A stretch of 64,000 bases of DNA from a virus, in the UHGV virus genome UHGV-0124283, one strand, 5' to 3'. The translations under genes and the position numbers were made by a program. This document shows, piece by piece, positions 9,393-19,541 of this stretch. Position 1 is the stretch's first letter. Each line of letters starts with the position of its first letter. The notes under the pieces were generated by a model, which was given only the letters and a program-made list of their open reading frames with translations, was not told the origin of the DNA and did no database searches.

Positions 9393-10004
9393 TCAACTGG
9401 CTGTAGAAAGTTGTTTTTCAGGCCAGTTGAGATCTGGTGCCGTGGTTAAATCCATCGCGTTCAGCTCGTCTATATAATCTAGCACGGAGTTAAGCTGCGT
9501 GGTTTCTGCCTGCGTCAACTTCCGTCCAGCCCGTAATTTCAACTGAATCAGACTAATGGAATCCATCGCAGTATCAATCAATGACTGACGTTTTGTTTCT
9601 GCTGCCTCTACAGCTGCACTATGTTGAGCCTCAGTATCAACCACCCATTTCTCTCCATCCCATTTGTCGTATGGTGTTAGCGGGGCGATAGTGGTTGTAT
9701 TTTCCGGATAGTCACCCAACACCGTGATTTCTTCGGGATTCCCAGTGTCAATGCTATAGACAGTTTCGCCACGATGATCTGGCACATACTCCCATGAACT
9801 TAAATCCTCTGAACGGAGAATCGCATAACCTGCTTTATGTGAGCCTGGAGCATCCAAACAAGAATGTGCCGGAATACCAACGCCAACAGCAAGATATTCA
9901 GTTGATGCAGAAATATATTCCCGATTACCACCATCATAGTTATAAACGATAATGTTTCCTGCCTGTATGGCTATAAGTTCGCTATTTAATATCGCATTAT
10001 CCAT
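9393..10004 (-). CDS. tail fibre assembly protein (P1 U / Tfa-like)
   Basis: 203 aa; follows a variable cassette with ATGA overlap; converges on H stop. Confidence 0.65.
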   Translation of the reverse strand: MDNAILNSELIAIQAGNIIVYNYDGGNREYISASTEYLAVGVGIPAHSCLDAPGSHKAGYAILRSEDLSSWEYVPDHRGETVYSIDTGNPEEITVLGDYPENTTTIAPLTPYDKWDGEKWVVDTEAQHSAAVEAAETKRQSLIDTAMDSISLIQLKLRAGRKLTQAETTQLNSVLDYIDELNAMDLTTAPDLNWPEKQLSTAS

Positions 10005-10462
10005 TATGCTGCTCTCACAATATAATTGAAGGCAATGTTACGTGGGCGGGTTTCATTCCCCCCAGATAACTCCGTTCTGTATTGACTGGTAAATTTACCA
10101 TTAATCGCTCCTTCTTGGACGGCGTTATCTGTCGACAACAGACTATCCCCCCCTCTGTCATTTGGCACCAATACCGTGTTATCCCACGCGTCCCATGACC
10201 GAATATTATGATAATGACTTCCTGTTAACCACCCCTGTATGCTTAAGATGACCCTTCCCGCATCCACACCTCGCCCATCATCCCAACCACGGATAAACTC
10301 ACCGCGTAAATCAGGTAATTTTAACGTTGGGTAAACCTTTGCCAGATTTGGGTACTTTTCAGAAGAAAATGCTGCACCATTGCATTTCAGCCACCCCGTT
10401 GGTGGTGTGGCTGAGGGCCATGGAACAGGGACACCAACAGGTAATGCAGAGCCTTCTCCCAA
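10004..10462 (-). other. promoterless tail-fibre variable C-terminal cassette (Sv-like)
   Basis: Opens at the conserved junction (L)GEGSALPVGVPVPWPSATPPTGWLKCNGAAF and ends ...RPRNIAFNYIVRAA; no N-terminal constant region; preceded by cix-like site. Confidence 0.5.
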
Positions 10463-10472
10463 ACCAACGTTT

Positions 10473-10933
10473 TTATGCCGCCCTTACGATATAATTAAAG
10501 GCAATATTACGAGGACGGTTTTCATTAGCTGTTGGCACGACACGAGAGGCGTCGAATCCAAGGTCATCGGTTTTGCCTATATCAGTTGTGTTATTCGGCA
10601 TTCTCGCAGATCGTGTTCCTGCATCATAAAAAGCCCCTCTGATTGCATCAAAAGACATGCCAATCCCGCCATCTGCGAACCCCTCAATATTTCTTATTGC
10701 ATCCCCCTGTGAAGATAATAATTGTCGCCCGGCATCCACACCACGTCCGTCATCCCAGCCACGAATAAATTCACCGCGTAAATCCGGCAATTTATTAGTA
10801 GGGTAAGCCTTTGCCAGATTTGGGTACTTTTCAGAAGAAAATGCTGCTCCGTTACATTTCAGCCACCCCGTTGGTGGTGTGGCTGAGGGCCATGGAACAG
10901 GTACACCAACGGGCAGCGCCGAGCCTTCCCCTA
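10473..10933 (-). other. second promoterless tail-fibre variable cassette
   Basis: Open frame from conserved junction (GLGEGSALPVGVPVPWPSATPPTGWLKCNGAAFSSEKYPNLAKAYPTNKLPDLRGEF...) to ...NIAFNYIVRAA; first in-frame start only at TTG 10790. Confidence 0.45.
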
Positions 10934-10944
10934 AACCAACGTTT

Positions 10945-12594
10945 TCATGCCGCCCTTACGATATAATTAAACGCAATGTTACGAGGACGAATGGTTACAT
11001 AATTAACCCCATCACCTCGTGAAGGCCCTGCAAATGAAAAACGGGAAAATCCTGGTTGGTTAGAAACAATTTGGTCATAGTTATTGATTGAATGACCAGA
11101 CCCAATGTCGAAATTACCTCCGTAATGAGAAAAACTTGTACCATCCTGCCCTGAAAGCAGGGTACGTCCCGCATCAATCCCGCGCCCATCATCCCAGCCA
11201 CGGATAAATTCACCGCGTAAATCCGGTAATTTATTGGTGGGGTAGGCTTTTGCCAGTTTGGGATACATTTCAGAAGAAAATGCTGCTCCGTTACATTTTA
11301 GCCAGCCCGTTGGTGGTGTTTCTAAGGGCCACGGAACGGGCACACCAACAGGCAGTGCAGAGCCTTCCCCCAAACCAAGGTAATTAAGAACGCTCTGAAT
11401 ACTGGGCTTACTAAGAATTGCACGTCCAACACTTGTCAGTGCAGTTAACGCGGCACGATCAACCCCTGTGAAATAAGGGAGTTTATCTGCTGCGGTAGCT
11501 AGTGCCGCTAGAGCAGTGAGCGTAGCGTCTGCCGCTTGCTTTCCATTAGCCAAATCATATGCAGCCTTGACAGCTTTCGGTGTAGCGGCCAGCACTTCAG
11601 ACGTGCTGTTAGTGGCACTACTGAGCTGAGTGATGCCTTTCGCTGTCAATGAAGCTGTTGGCACACCAGTGATCTGATTCCATGGATGTGTATGACTGGA
11701 TGGTGCCTTTCCGGCTGCTAGATCGTATGCAGCTTTAACCGCTTTTGGCGTTGCAGCTAATGTTTCAGAAGTGCTGTTGGTGTCGCTACTGAGCTGAACT
11801 ATCCCTTTTTGTGTCGTGGTTGCATCCTGGGCTGTATACTTCCCGTTAGCCAGGTCATATGCAGCCTTGACAGCTTTCGGTGTGGCGGCCAGCACTTCGG
11901 ACGTACTGTTAGTGGCACTACTGAGCTGAACTAATCCCTTTTGCGTTGTGCTTGCATCCTGCGCCGTATACTTGCTTTTCGCCAGATCGTAGGCTTTTTT
12001 AACTGCCAGCGAACTCGCAGCAACATCACTTCTGGTACTGGTTACAGAGTCTGAAATATCAATGCCGATCGTGCGGTTGATACGCTCGGATGTATCAATC
12101 ATCTCTTGAGTAATGGTAGATACGCCAGCAGGGATATTCACCGTACAAACCAGCAGTTCCCCATCACCTAACTGATATGAATCGGTATAGGTTCTGGCAA
12201 CAAATTCAGCTGCATGAATATGTGACGCGGTATTCACCTGATAGGTATCTTCTCCAAGAAGGTATCTTCCCTTCAGCACAATTGCATATTTCTTGCCTGC
12301 GTTAAGTGCAAGAGAGATATCCTTACGATGCTGAATAGTTACCTGGTAGAATTCACCAATATCCACTGACGCCGCGCCAGCGGTTTTATCTCCATCCACT
12401 GAGGTGATTAACAGGTTCATCCCACCGCCAGGCTTAGGCAAGAAACCAGCATAAAATCCCGGGTCAACAATTCCCCTGAATTTTCGGTTTAGAGCGGCTG
12501 ACAGATATGGTTCGTGGTATTGCACATCAGCCACCAGAGCCAACGACTCGGGTGATGGGTAAGTAACCGATGTAACAACTGTAACGTCATTCAT
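10945..12594 (-). CDS. tail fibre protein (P1 S-like; constant plus variable part)
   Basis: Start ATG 12594 (MNDVTVVTSV...) with AAGGA RBS; repeated TAQDA..TQKG.VQLSS.TNSTSE.LAATPKAVKAAYDLA motifs; same C-terminal module. Confidence 0.7.
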   Translation of the reverse strand: MNDVTVVTSVTYPSPESLALVADVQYHEPYLSAALNRKFRGIVDPGFYAGFLPKPGGGMNLLITSVDGDKTAGAASVDIGEFYQVTIQHRKDISLALNAGKKYAIVLKGRYLLGEDTYQVNTASHIHAAEFVARTYTDSYQLGDGELLVCTVNIPAGVSTITQEMIDTSERINRTIGIDISDSVTSTRSDVAASSLAVKKAYDLAKSKYTAQDASTTQKGLVQLSSATNSTSEVLAATPKAVKAAYDLANGKYTAQDATTTQKGIVQLSSDTNSTSETLAATPKAVKAAYDLAAGKAPSSHTHPWNQITGVPTASLTAKGITQLSSATNSTSEVLAATPKAVKAAYDLANGKQAADATLTALAALATAADKLPYFTGVDRAALTALTSVGRAILSKPSIQSVLNYLGLGEGSALPVGVPVPWPLETPPTGWLKCNGAAFSSEMYPKLAKAYPTNKLPDLRGEFIRGWDDGRGIDAGRTLLSGQDGTSFSHYGGNFDIGSGHSINNYDQIVSNQPGFSRFSFAGPSRGDGVNYVTIRPRNIAFNYIVRAA

Positions 12595-12605
12595 CAAGCA
12601 TATCC

Positions 12606-13040
12606 TTATGCTGTAGTCGAGTTTATGGCCATAACTGCGGTATATGTTTTGCCCACATACAGCGAGTCTTCCTGGACACAAATAATGGCGATTGGCTTAT
12701 TCTCGTTATCCAGAACAACCAGAGTGTTGAATGGGTAGTTTTTCCCTTCCTGCAGCTGACTTTGATCAAGGTCCATTCGGACAGTAATTATCCCGCCTGA
12801 GTAGGTTGGGACGAGGTTGATGGTGCAAAATTGACTGGTCAGTTCTGCCAGATCGAAAGCCTTTGGCAGTTCTCCAATCTCATAAGTGCCATCTCCTTTC
12901 TTAGTAACCAGTGAACTGGTACCGAAAACGGCCTTGCTGATTAAAAATCGAGAGCCTTTGTTAATGGACGATTCAGCGCGCCGCTGATAGTAATAGTCCA
13001 ACAACTGACTCTTATAGAGGTTTGTTGAGACGTCAGACAT
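12606..13040 (-). CDS. tail-fibre-associated structural protein (P1 R position)
   Basis: 144 aa ORF immediately upstream of tail fibre gene, same strand. Confidence 0.45.
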   Translation of the reverse strand: MSDVSTNLYKSQLLDYYYQRRAESSINKGSRFLISKAVFGTSSLVTKKGDGTYEIGELPKAFDLAELTSQFCTINLVPTYSGGIITVRMDLDQSQLQEGKNYPFNTLVVLDNENKPIAIICVQEDSLYVGKTYTAVMAINSTTA

Positions 13041-13118
13041 GATTTTCCCTAATCAATGTTGTGAAGCCTCATTGTAAGATAAGTAACTTGTCACCCCGCC
13101 CTGCGGACGGGGTGATTG

Positions 13119-13958
13119 TCACGCATCGCTATCCAACAGCAAATCATCTGCGCGGGTGCGATCAAACGTAGGCGTTGCTTTCACAATAGTGCCGCCCGGC
13201 GTTGCAGTGATCGGGGCGTTAATCGACGTAACTTCAGTAAGCGAAGTTGTATCCGAAGTTTCAAACCAGCAGAATGCTTTTTCGGTATCAGAAATCTCAT
13301 TCAAAGTGATCATGTCGGCCTGTTCATTTACAACAACCGACAAATAGAGCGTAAGCCCATCAAACACTATATGCAGTGGCAGTAGAGGCTTTACGAACTG
13401 ATTAAACTTTCTGAGAATTTCTTCTGTAATTGCGGACTGATCTATCGTTCCAGTAATACCCATTGTCCGGGCCAGGTCGTTTATGGGAATACTGATCATT
13501 CCTCTGGAAGTCAGAAACATCTCGCCGAATGTGCCGCCGGTGGTTTCCAGTGTGCTTTCTGGAATCAGGACCGTGCCATAGGGATGACGTTCAAAGTCCA
13601 CCGGAGCATATATTGGATCCCATAAAACCGATATACCGTTAAATTCGCGATAAATTGTCTGGTTTATAGGGCGTTCAGTACCCTTAAAATGGATCTCATC
13701 AAACCGCTGTTGTAACAACATCGGAACGGAAGATGAATTCGACGTTCTGATAGTAAAAAACTGGCCAAGTTCATTTGTCCTAGTCTCCAGATCCTCCTTG
13801 CTCATGGAGAAAATAGACTTCCGGTTGGTAATTCGCTCCAACCATGGGTCAACAAAGGTGTCCATCATTGACTGAACCAAATCAGCCAATGATTTATAAA
13901 GTAATGACTTTTGCTTAGCTGATGTAAGCCGGTTATTAAACCAGGAACGCTGCATCAC
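13119..13958 (-). CDS. phage tail/baseplate protein
   Basis: 279 aa ORF in tail gene block; overlaps next gene. Confidence 0.4.
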   Translation of the reverse strand: MMQRSWFNNRLTSAKQKSLLYKSLADLVQSMMDTFVDPWLERITNRKSIFSMSKEDLETRTNELGQFFTIRTSNSSSVPMLLQQRFDEIHFKGTERPINQTIYREFNGISVLWDPIYAPVDFERHPYGTVLIPESTLETTGGTFGEMFLTSRGMISIPINDLARTMGITGTIDQSAITEEILRKFNQFVKPLLPLHIVFDGLTLYLSVVVNEQADMITLNEISDTEKAFCWFETSDTTSLTEVTSINAPITATPGGTIVKATPTFDRTRADDLLLDSDA

Positions 13959-15388
13959 TCCTCCTCATACGAAATATTAAAGGTGGAGTTTTCTGTATCC
14001 AGATAAACGAAATCGTAAAAGCCGTTGGACTCATTCCACTCGACAAATTCCAGATAAAAGTCGCGGAAATAACCCAGCGTTTCGATAAATGCCCAAACGT
14101 CTTTTTTCTTGATTAGGATGTACTTGCCGACACGGTTCGGATCAAAGAAAGTTGAGTCACGCCCAAATTTTGTTTCCAGTGCCGACTTCAGCTCATCAGT
14201 CACGTTCTCAATGGTCAGGCTTGCCGATATCCGCCCAGTGATAGTGATCTTAAAGGGGAGTTTTCTGACCTCTTTATACGAGAATTTCTTGTTCAACTCA
14301 TTCGGCACCTTCTTAAAGGCAGCCAGGATCACTTCTTCAAGCTCTGACTGGCTTTTGTTTGGATGCCATCCTGAAATAAATATCTTATTGATATTCCGAA
14401 CATTATAAGCACCATCTAATTTCTCTTGCTGGCCTTCGCCCCATGCCTTTACCCAGGACAGTCCCGGGATGTTACGCACCAAAAAATACGTATAGTCCCC
14501 GCCCCATACGACCTGATCATCATAGGCAAGGTAATATTGTGCACGATTACGTGTGATCTCCGTTGTTTCGGCATCGGTACCTGCGGTTATGGGTGTCGTT
14601 GTCTTAACTGAAATCAAATTAGCTAAATTAGCCGCAGAATCGACAGGCGTCAGGTTTTGGCCAGCAACCAGGGTTATATCTCCGTTGGTGCACCATACCT
14701 TAAGTGTAATGGTCGAGCCTTCTGGCGGTATTTGCCCAATTAGCCCATCACCGAATCGAACCCCCAACTGCTCGGATGGCTTATAAAACTCAACGTAGAC
14801 CTGGCTTTTACTACCGGCTAACCGGAACATAGTGCTGGAAGACCACTGCGTGGTCTTACCATCGGTCGTCACGAATACTTCCAGCTTATAGCAGACAGCA
14901 GTGAGAGCCTTTGATAACACGACTTCCAGAAATTCTTTGGCTGCCGTAACGGTATATGTCACCTCCTGGATTTCCAACTGTGCCACTTCTACCGTACCGG
15001 TGCCGTCAACCAACCTGCATACATCCATAGTCATGTAAGGGTACTGGTCGTCAGATATTAAAGGCATATTTTTGGGGATTACCGCTGGGGCATCTTCACT
15101 TGTGGCGGTGATCTCAATCATCCCCGATGACGGTGTTGGCTTGGTACCAACGTAACTATTCGTTTCTGCCGCTGCCAGGATAGAGGAACGCCGCGTCGCG
15201 GTCGATATAAAGCCTTCAGCCAGCGCCGCATCGGCATACTGAAAGCACCTGTAGACAATCTGGGTAATAAACAATGTCAGCATCGAGACAAATTGAGAGC
15301 CGACAAACTTCGACCAGAATGAATCTTTCTCGACAAGCTCTTCAAACTCTGCACGAATACTGTCTTTAGTCGGTGTTGTTTTACTCAT
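13955..15388 (-). CDS. phage baseplate protein
   Basis: 477 aa ORF, translationally coupled to neighbours. Confidence 0.4.
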   Translation of the reverse strand: MSKTTPTKDSIRAEFEELVEKDSFWSKFVGSQFVSMLTLFITQIVYRCFQYADAALAEGFISTATRRSSILAAAETNSYVGTKPTPSSGMIEITATSEDAPAVIPKNMPLISDDQYPYMTMDVCRLVDGTGTVEVAQLEIQEVTYTVTAAKEFLEVVLSKALTAVCYKLEVFVTTDGKTTQWSSSTMFRLAGSKSQVYVEFYKPSEQLGVRFGDGLIGQIPPEGSTITLKVWCTNGDITLVAGQNLTPVDSAANLANLISVKTTTPITAGTDAETTEITRNRAQYYLAYDDQVVWGGDYTYFLVRNIPGLSWVKAWGEGQQEKLDGAYNVRNINKIFISGWHPNKSQSELEEVILAAFKKVPNELNKKFSYKEVRKLPFKITITGRISASLTIENVTDELKSALETKFGRDSTFFDPNRVGKYILIKKKDVWAFIETLGYFRDFYLEFVEWNESNGFYDFVYLDTENSTFNISYEEE

Positions 15389-15744
15389 AGCACCACGTCC
15401 TGTGTGATAGTTATATCCCTGATACGAATGGATATTTTCAACTTATCAAAAGCATCTCCCTCGGCTACTGACAAGCCAGAAATCGGTATGTCAGGTAAAT
15501 CTACCGTCAGTTTTTGCAACAGCATTGCCTCAACCGCAATTTGAACATGCGACAAGTTGGTCGGTTCGTGTTTAAACTGCGGTAAAACATTGCCCCATGA
15601 CGGATCTCCGTATACCTCACCCTGATAAGTGTTTAGCCACTCATATAAACGAGCGCCCCAGGCCTCCTCCTGGGACTCATACGTTTTTACGCCGGATAAC
15701 TCCAGCGTCAGCAAAGGATCAATTTCGTTATTGTTGGCCATCAA
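15385..15744 (-). CDS. phage structural protein
   Basis: 119 aa ORF with overlapping stop/start on both sides. Confidence 0.35.
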   Translation of the reverse strand: MMANNNEIDPLLTLELSGVKTYESQEEAWGARLYEWLNTYQGEVYGDPSWGNVLPQFKHEPTNLSHVQIAVEAMLLQKLTVDLPDIPISGLSVAEGDAFDKLKISIRIRDITITQDVVL

Positions 15745-18700
15745 TCAACTCTCGCGTAGTCATTCATCAACGGATCATCAATTGACAGTGGTACCGTGCG
15801 CATAACGCCCGGCTGAGGCGTGCTGACCTTTACGACAGTTCCCTGGCCTTTCGCCGAGTCTTTGGTGTGCTCTTCAATCCTGGCAAGCAATGAGGTCATC
15901 TGCGCAAACAGCCGCTTCGTTTCACCATCAAGTGAAACGGTATTATCAGCCAACTGCATTGTCGGCTTGGCACCGGAGCCGCCAAGGTCACTAATAACCT
16001 GTCCGTCTATCTGCATACGACCGGTTGGTTGCTGCAAATCGTTGGCGGCAGTCGTCACCTGGAACGTGGATGCTGGTTGAGGAGAATTATTTGAGCGCAT
16101 TCCCCGGGCATTAATGAGTTTGTCATACAGTCCATCAATCCCCATTTGTGCGCCGAGCTGGTCAAAGTAACTTGAGTTGCTGGCCACTGGACGCGCCTCT
16201 TCAACTGGCGTCGGAGTATCAACATACACATTGCCAGCTGCTGTTGCGGTCCCATTTCCTCGTGCACGTTCTTCGAGGGTTCCCTGGACGACTTCTCGAC
16301 GCATCCCCCGACCATTCATGAATTTGTTGACCAGATCGTTAACGCCAACAGCATTACCGATTTTGTCTACCAGACCGCCCTTCTCAAACGGGCTATCACC
16401 AGGGGTAAACGCCAGGCCAGTAGACTGATCGATAACGGCGTTATCAGGCAGTGGTCCCCTCACTCCATATTGCGCCCCCCCCTGTGCTCCTGCCCCTGGT
16501 GTATAGATTTCACCACCTAAATAGCGAGCACGATGAGTATTGACCTTGATCGCGTACTCACGGTTTTCTTTCGATAAGTCACCTGTGCCTTTTTTCCACC
16601 TATTAATAGTGCCAAACCCAGCGTTATATGCAGTGATGGCCTCGTTTAAGTCTCCATTGGCTTGCTTCAGATACTTGCTCATGAGAAGAGCCGCAGCTTC
16701 TGCCGATTTCACAGGATCAAATGCATCCGGTTCCGATATCCCTGTCTCTTTACGAGCAATACTCGTGAACTGGAACATCCCGAGTGCGCCACCACTTAAC
16801 TTTCCATCTGGTGATCTTGTAAGCGGAGACTTTGCGTTAGGATCCCCTCCTGATTCAGTTGCAGCAATCGCGTAAAGAGTGCCTTCAGGAAGACCATATT
16901 TATTCTCTAGTTCAGCAAAATACGGAGCTAACTTATCGAGATTTGCCTTACCTTCAGCGCCAAGGCTTCCGACTTTTACATCTAAGTTGCCATTATTGTA
17001 GGTATCAGCAGCTTTCTGAATGTCATTCCCAGTGCCGGTGGTATTACGCGACGATGATGACGAGCTATTTTGTCCAATAGCTGAATCAATTTTCCGCACC
17101 GCGCTATTGCCCATTTCTACGGCATTTGCATTGATAATCTGATTGGCAGTTTCTTTAACTGTTTTATTGCTATCTTTCGCCGTGTCCAGTGCCGCATTTA
17201 TCACGCGGGTAGCAATATTAGTCTGTTTAGCATCGGATTCAGTTTTAGAATCAGATGTCTCCTGGTGGCTATTAACCGGAGCTTTTAACTCTGGAGTGAT
17301 TTCTTTTGCATTAGCCTCGCCGATCGGATTGGGTATTTTTGATACAATCATTGCCGCAGGGGTATTTTTAACGGCATCAACCGCTGCATCTAATGCTTTA
17401 CCGGGTAAATTTTTAACCCCATCCCAAATATTACCAGCCGCCTCTTTAATGTGTTTCCCTGGGTTCTTAATGAAATCAATTGCACTATCAATTGCATCAC
17501 TGAAAACCTGTTTCAGGTTATCAACAGTAAAGAAGTCTTTGATGGCATCCAGCTTTTCAAGCAGCTTATTAGATGTATCGCTAAACCATGCTGAAACAGC
17601 ATCACCAATCTTTGCTGTGTAATCTTCGAACTTGGTAGAAATGGTGTCGCCAAGGTTAGAAATATATGTTTCTAAGTTGGTAATCCCACTATCAATGGCC
17701 TGGGCAATACTTTCCGTCGAAAATGATTGCAACATATTGCCGATATCCTCAAATCCAAGTGATTTGAGAACCTCACCAATGGCGCTGCTAATACCAGATA
17801 CCAGTCCCCCCATATCAAGAACATTGGCTAACGTATAAGCGGCTTTTTGCTGGAATGATGGCTCTTGTCCTGATTTAAGCCCAAACGCTCGACGTTGCGC
17901 TTCTGTATCATTCCAACCGGTTACCGCATCATAAATACCTCCAGCCACTGTGCCGACTAAGGGAATTGCGCGTAACGCCCCTTTACCAACTGCCTTTAAT
18001 CCAAATTTACCTGCTGCCCGGGCAGCCAAATCTCCACCTTCATGGGCGATAGTCTTCTTGCCACCACCGCGTAGCATTCCTACAAGTTTCTTTGCCCCCA
18101 GAGCGCCAAAAGCGAGTGCTCCAGCTTTTTTCAGCATGCCACGCCCCATTAACAACGACGCGACGCCACCGGCCCCCTTCCCTAACAGGCTAAATAGTTT
18201 GGACAGCAAGCCGCCCTTCTTTTTCCCGGTGTTTTTGGCTATCTGATCAAGGGCGCTGAGAATCTTGTCATTGCCCTCTTTAATTTCGCTGGTCTGCTCC
18301 TGAAGTTCCTGAACCGTCCGTTTTTGGGTGTTAACCTGAACGACATCGGCACTATTTTGCGATTTACGCCTAAAAAAACCTTTTCTACGGCTGTTATCGT
18401 CATTGCCACGAATCACATCGGCAATAGACTTTCTGGCACCATTAAGCGATCCACCAACTTCTTTTGATATCCCGCCAAGCTCCTTCCCTGCTGCCCACAA
18501 TGGACCAGCAACGGCATAACCTAACGCATCGACGGCACGAGTCTCTGAAGGGTTACCTATGCCTTCAGCTACTTTTGACAGTTTTTTTAATAAACCTGAT
18601 TCAGCATTTAGACGCTCATCATCCTCTTTGCGCCTGGCCTTTTCAGCACGTTCAGCACGGGCATCTTCCGCTGCGGCCTTACTCCCTGACTTTCCAATAA

Positions 18701-19460
18701 AACGACCACGCGCATCGCGTTGGTTTTGGCTTTTTTGCGCACCGCCTTTTTGATCGAACATTTCGCGAGCGTGTTCGGCTGCTTCGGTCCGTTGTGCCTT
18801 TATATCCTCTGATATAGCCTTCCTGCGTCTTTTTTTACCCTTTGGTGTAGTTGATTTGGCCTGCTGTTCCTCTTGAGCAATGCCCTCCTGAACTACACGA
18901 GAAACGTCCCCTAAATTAAGCCGTTTCATTGCGTCAACAATAGGGTCTACTGATGGCGCATTGGCCACAAAGTCTGGCCGGGAATTTTCGATTGTTCGAT
19001 TTAATGCCGACACACTGCGAGATACTGGGTCAACCGTTGCAACGCGTTCCCCTTTCAAATCACGAGCGAGTTTGACCGTTTCTAACCGCTGTGCTTTAAC
19101 ATCCTCTGTTATTGCCTCTCTTCGTCTATTTGGGGGATTGTGCGCTGTTGGTGCAGCCTGCTGTTCACGGTTAGTGACTTTGTCCTCCCGTATACGAGAA
19201 ACGTCCCCTAAATTAAGCCGTTTCATTGCGTCAACAATAGAGTCCACTGATGGCACATTGGTCACAAAGTCAGGACGTGAATTTTCGATTGTGCGATTTA
19301 ATGCCGACACACTGCGAGAGACAGGATCAACAGTTGCAACTCGTTCCCCTTTCAAATCTTCAACAGCTTCCCGAATACCTGCAAGCTCTTCCAGCTCTTT
19401 CGCGCTGGCGGTTTCAACTGTCCTTATAACATCGTCAATATTGGCGTTTTTTCTTTCCAT
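15741..19460 (-). CDS. sit: tape-measure/injection protein with lytic transglycosylase domain (P1 Sit-like)
   Basis: 1239 aa; SLT-type motif ...GMFQFTSIARKETG...AITAYNAGFGTINRWKK; Gly-rich and helical regions. Confidence 0.7.
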   Translation of the reverse strand: MERKNANIDDVIRTVETASAKELEELAGIREAVEDLKGERVATVDPVSRSVSALNRTIENSRPDFVTNVPSVDSIVDAMKRLNLGDVSRIREDKVTNREQQAAPTAHNPPNRRREAITEDVKAQRLETVKLARDLKGERVATVDPVSRSVSALNRTIENSRPDFVANAPSVDPIVDAMKRLNLGDVSRVVQEGIAQEEQQAKSTTPKGKKRRRKAISEDIKAQRTEAAEHAREMFDQKGGAQKSQNQRDARGRFIGKSGSKAAAEDARAERAEKARRKEDDERLNAESGLLKKLSKVAEGIGNPSETRAVDALGYAVAGPLWAAGKELGGISKEVGGSLNGARKSIADVIRGNDDNSRRKGFFRRKSQNSADVVQVNTQKRTVQELQEQTSEIKEGNDKILSALDQIAKNTGKKKGGLLSKLFSLLGKGAGGVASLLMGRGMLKKAGALAFGALGAKKLVGMLRGGGKKTIAHEGGDLAARAAGKFGLKAVGKGALRAIPLVGTVAGGIYDAVTGWNDTEAQRRAFGLKSGQEPSFQQKAAYTLANVLDMGGLVSGISSAIGEVLKSLGFEDIGNMLQSFSTESIAQAIDSGITNLETYISNLGDTISTKFEDYTAKIGDAVSAWFSDTSNKLLEKLDAIKDFFTVDNLKQVFSDAIDSAIDFIKNPGKHIKEAAGNIWDGVKNLPGKALDAAVDAVKNTPAAMIVSKIPNPIGEANAKEITPELKAPVNSHQETSDSKTESDAKQTNIATRVINAALDTAKDSNKTVKETANQIINANAVEMGNSAVRKIDSAIGQNSSSSSSRNTTGTGNDIQKAADTYNNGNLDVKVGSLGAEGKANLDKLAPYFAELENKYGLPEGTLYAIAATESGGDPNAKSPLTRSPDGKLSGGALGMFQFTSIARKETGISEPDAFDPVKSAEAAALLMSKYLKQANGDLNEAITAYNAGFGTINRWKKGTGDLSKENREYAIKVNTHRARYLGGEIYTPGAGAQGGAQYGVRGPLPDNAVIDQSTGLAFTPGDSPFEKGGLVDKIGNAVGVNDLVNKFMNGRGMRREVVQGTLEERARGNGTATAAGNVYVDTPTPVEEARPVASNSSYFDQLGAQMGIDGLYDKLINARGMRSNNSPQPASTFQVTTAANDLQQPTGRMQIDGQVISDLGGSGAKPTMQLADNTVSLDGETKRLFAQMTSLLARIEEHTKDSAKGQGTVVKVSTPQPGVMRTVPLSIDDPLMNDYARVD
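18897..19358. repeat. tandem duplication (two ~165-bp near-identical segments, 297-bp period) inside sit 5' region
   Basis: 18897-19061 and 19194-19358 nearly identical; protein repeats ERVATVDPVSRSVSALNRTIENSRPDF...MKRLNLGDVSR twice. Confidence 0.7.
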
Positions 19461-19541
19461 GATCTTATCGCCTACCGTTTCGGTTTAAGTTTTTCTTCCA
19501 GTTTCTCCAACAGGAAAAACGCATAGGATTCAGTAAGCCTT

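Noticed and set aside
15820-18753. Several 60-175-aa plus-strand ORFs
   Set aside because: All are antisense within the 1239-aa Sit-like gene and partly generated by its internal tandem repeat; no independent support.
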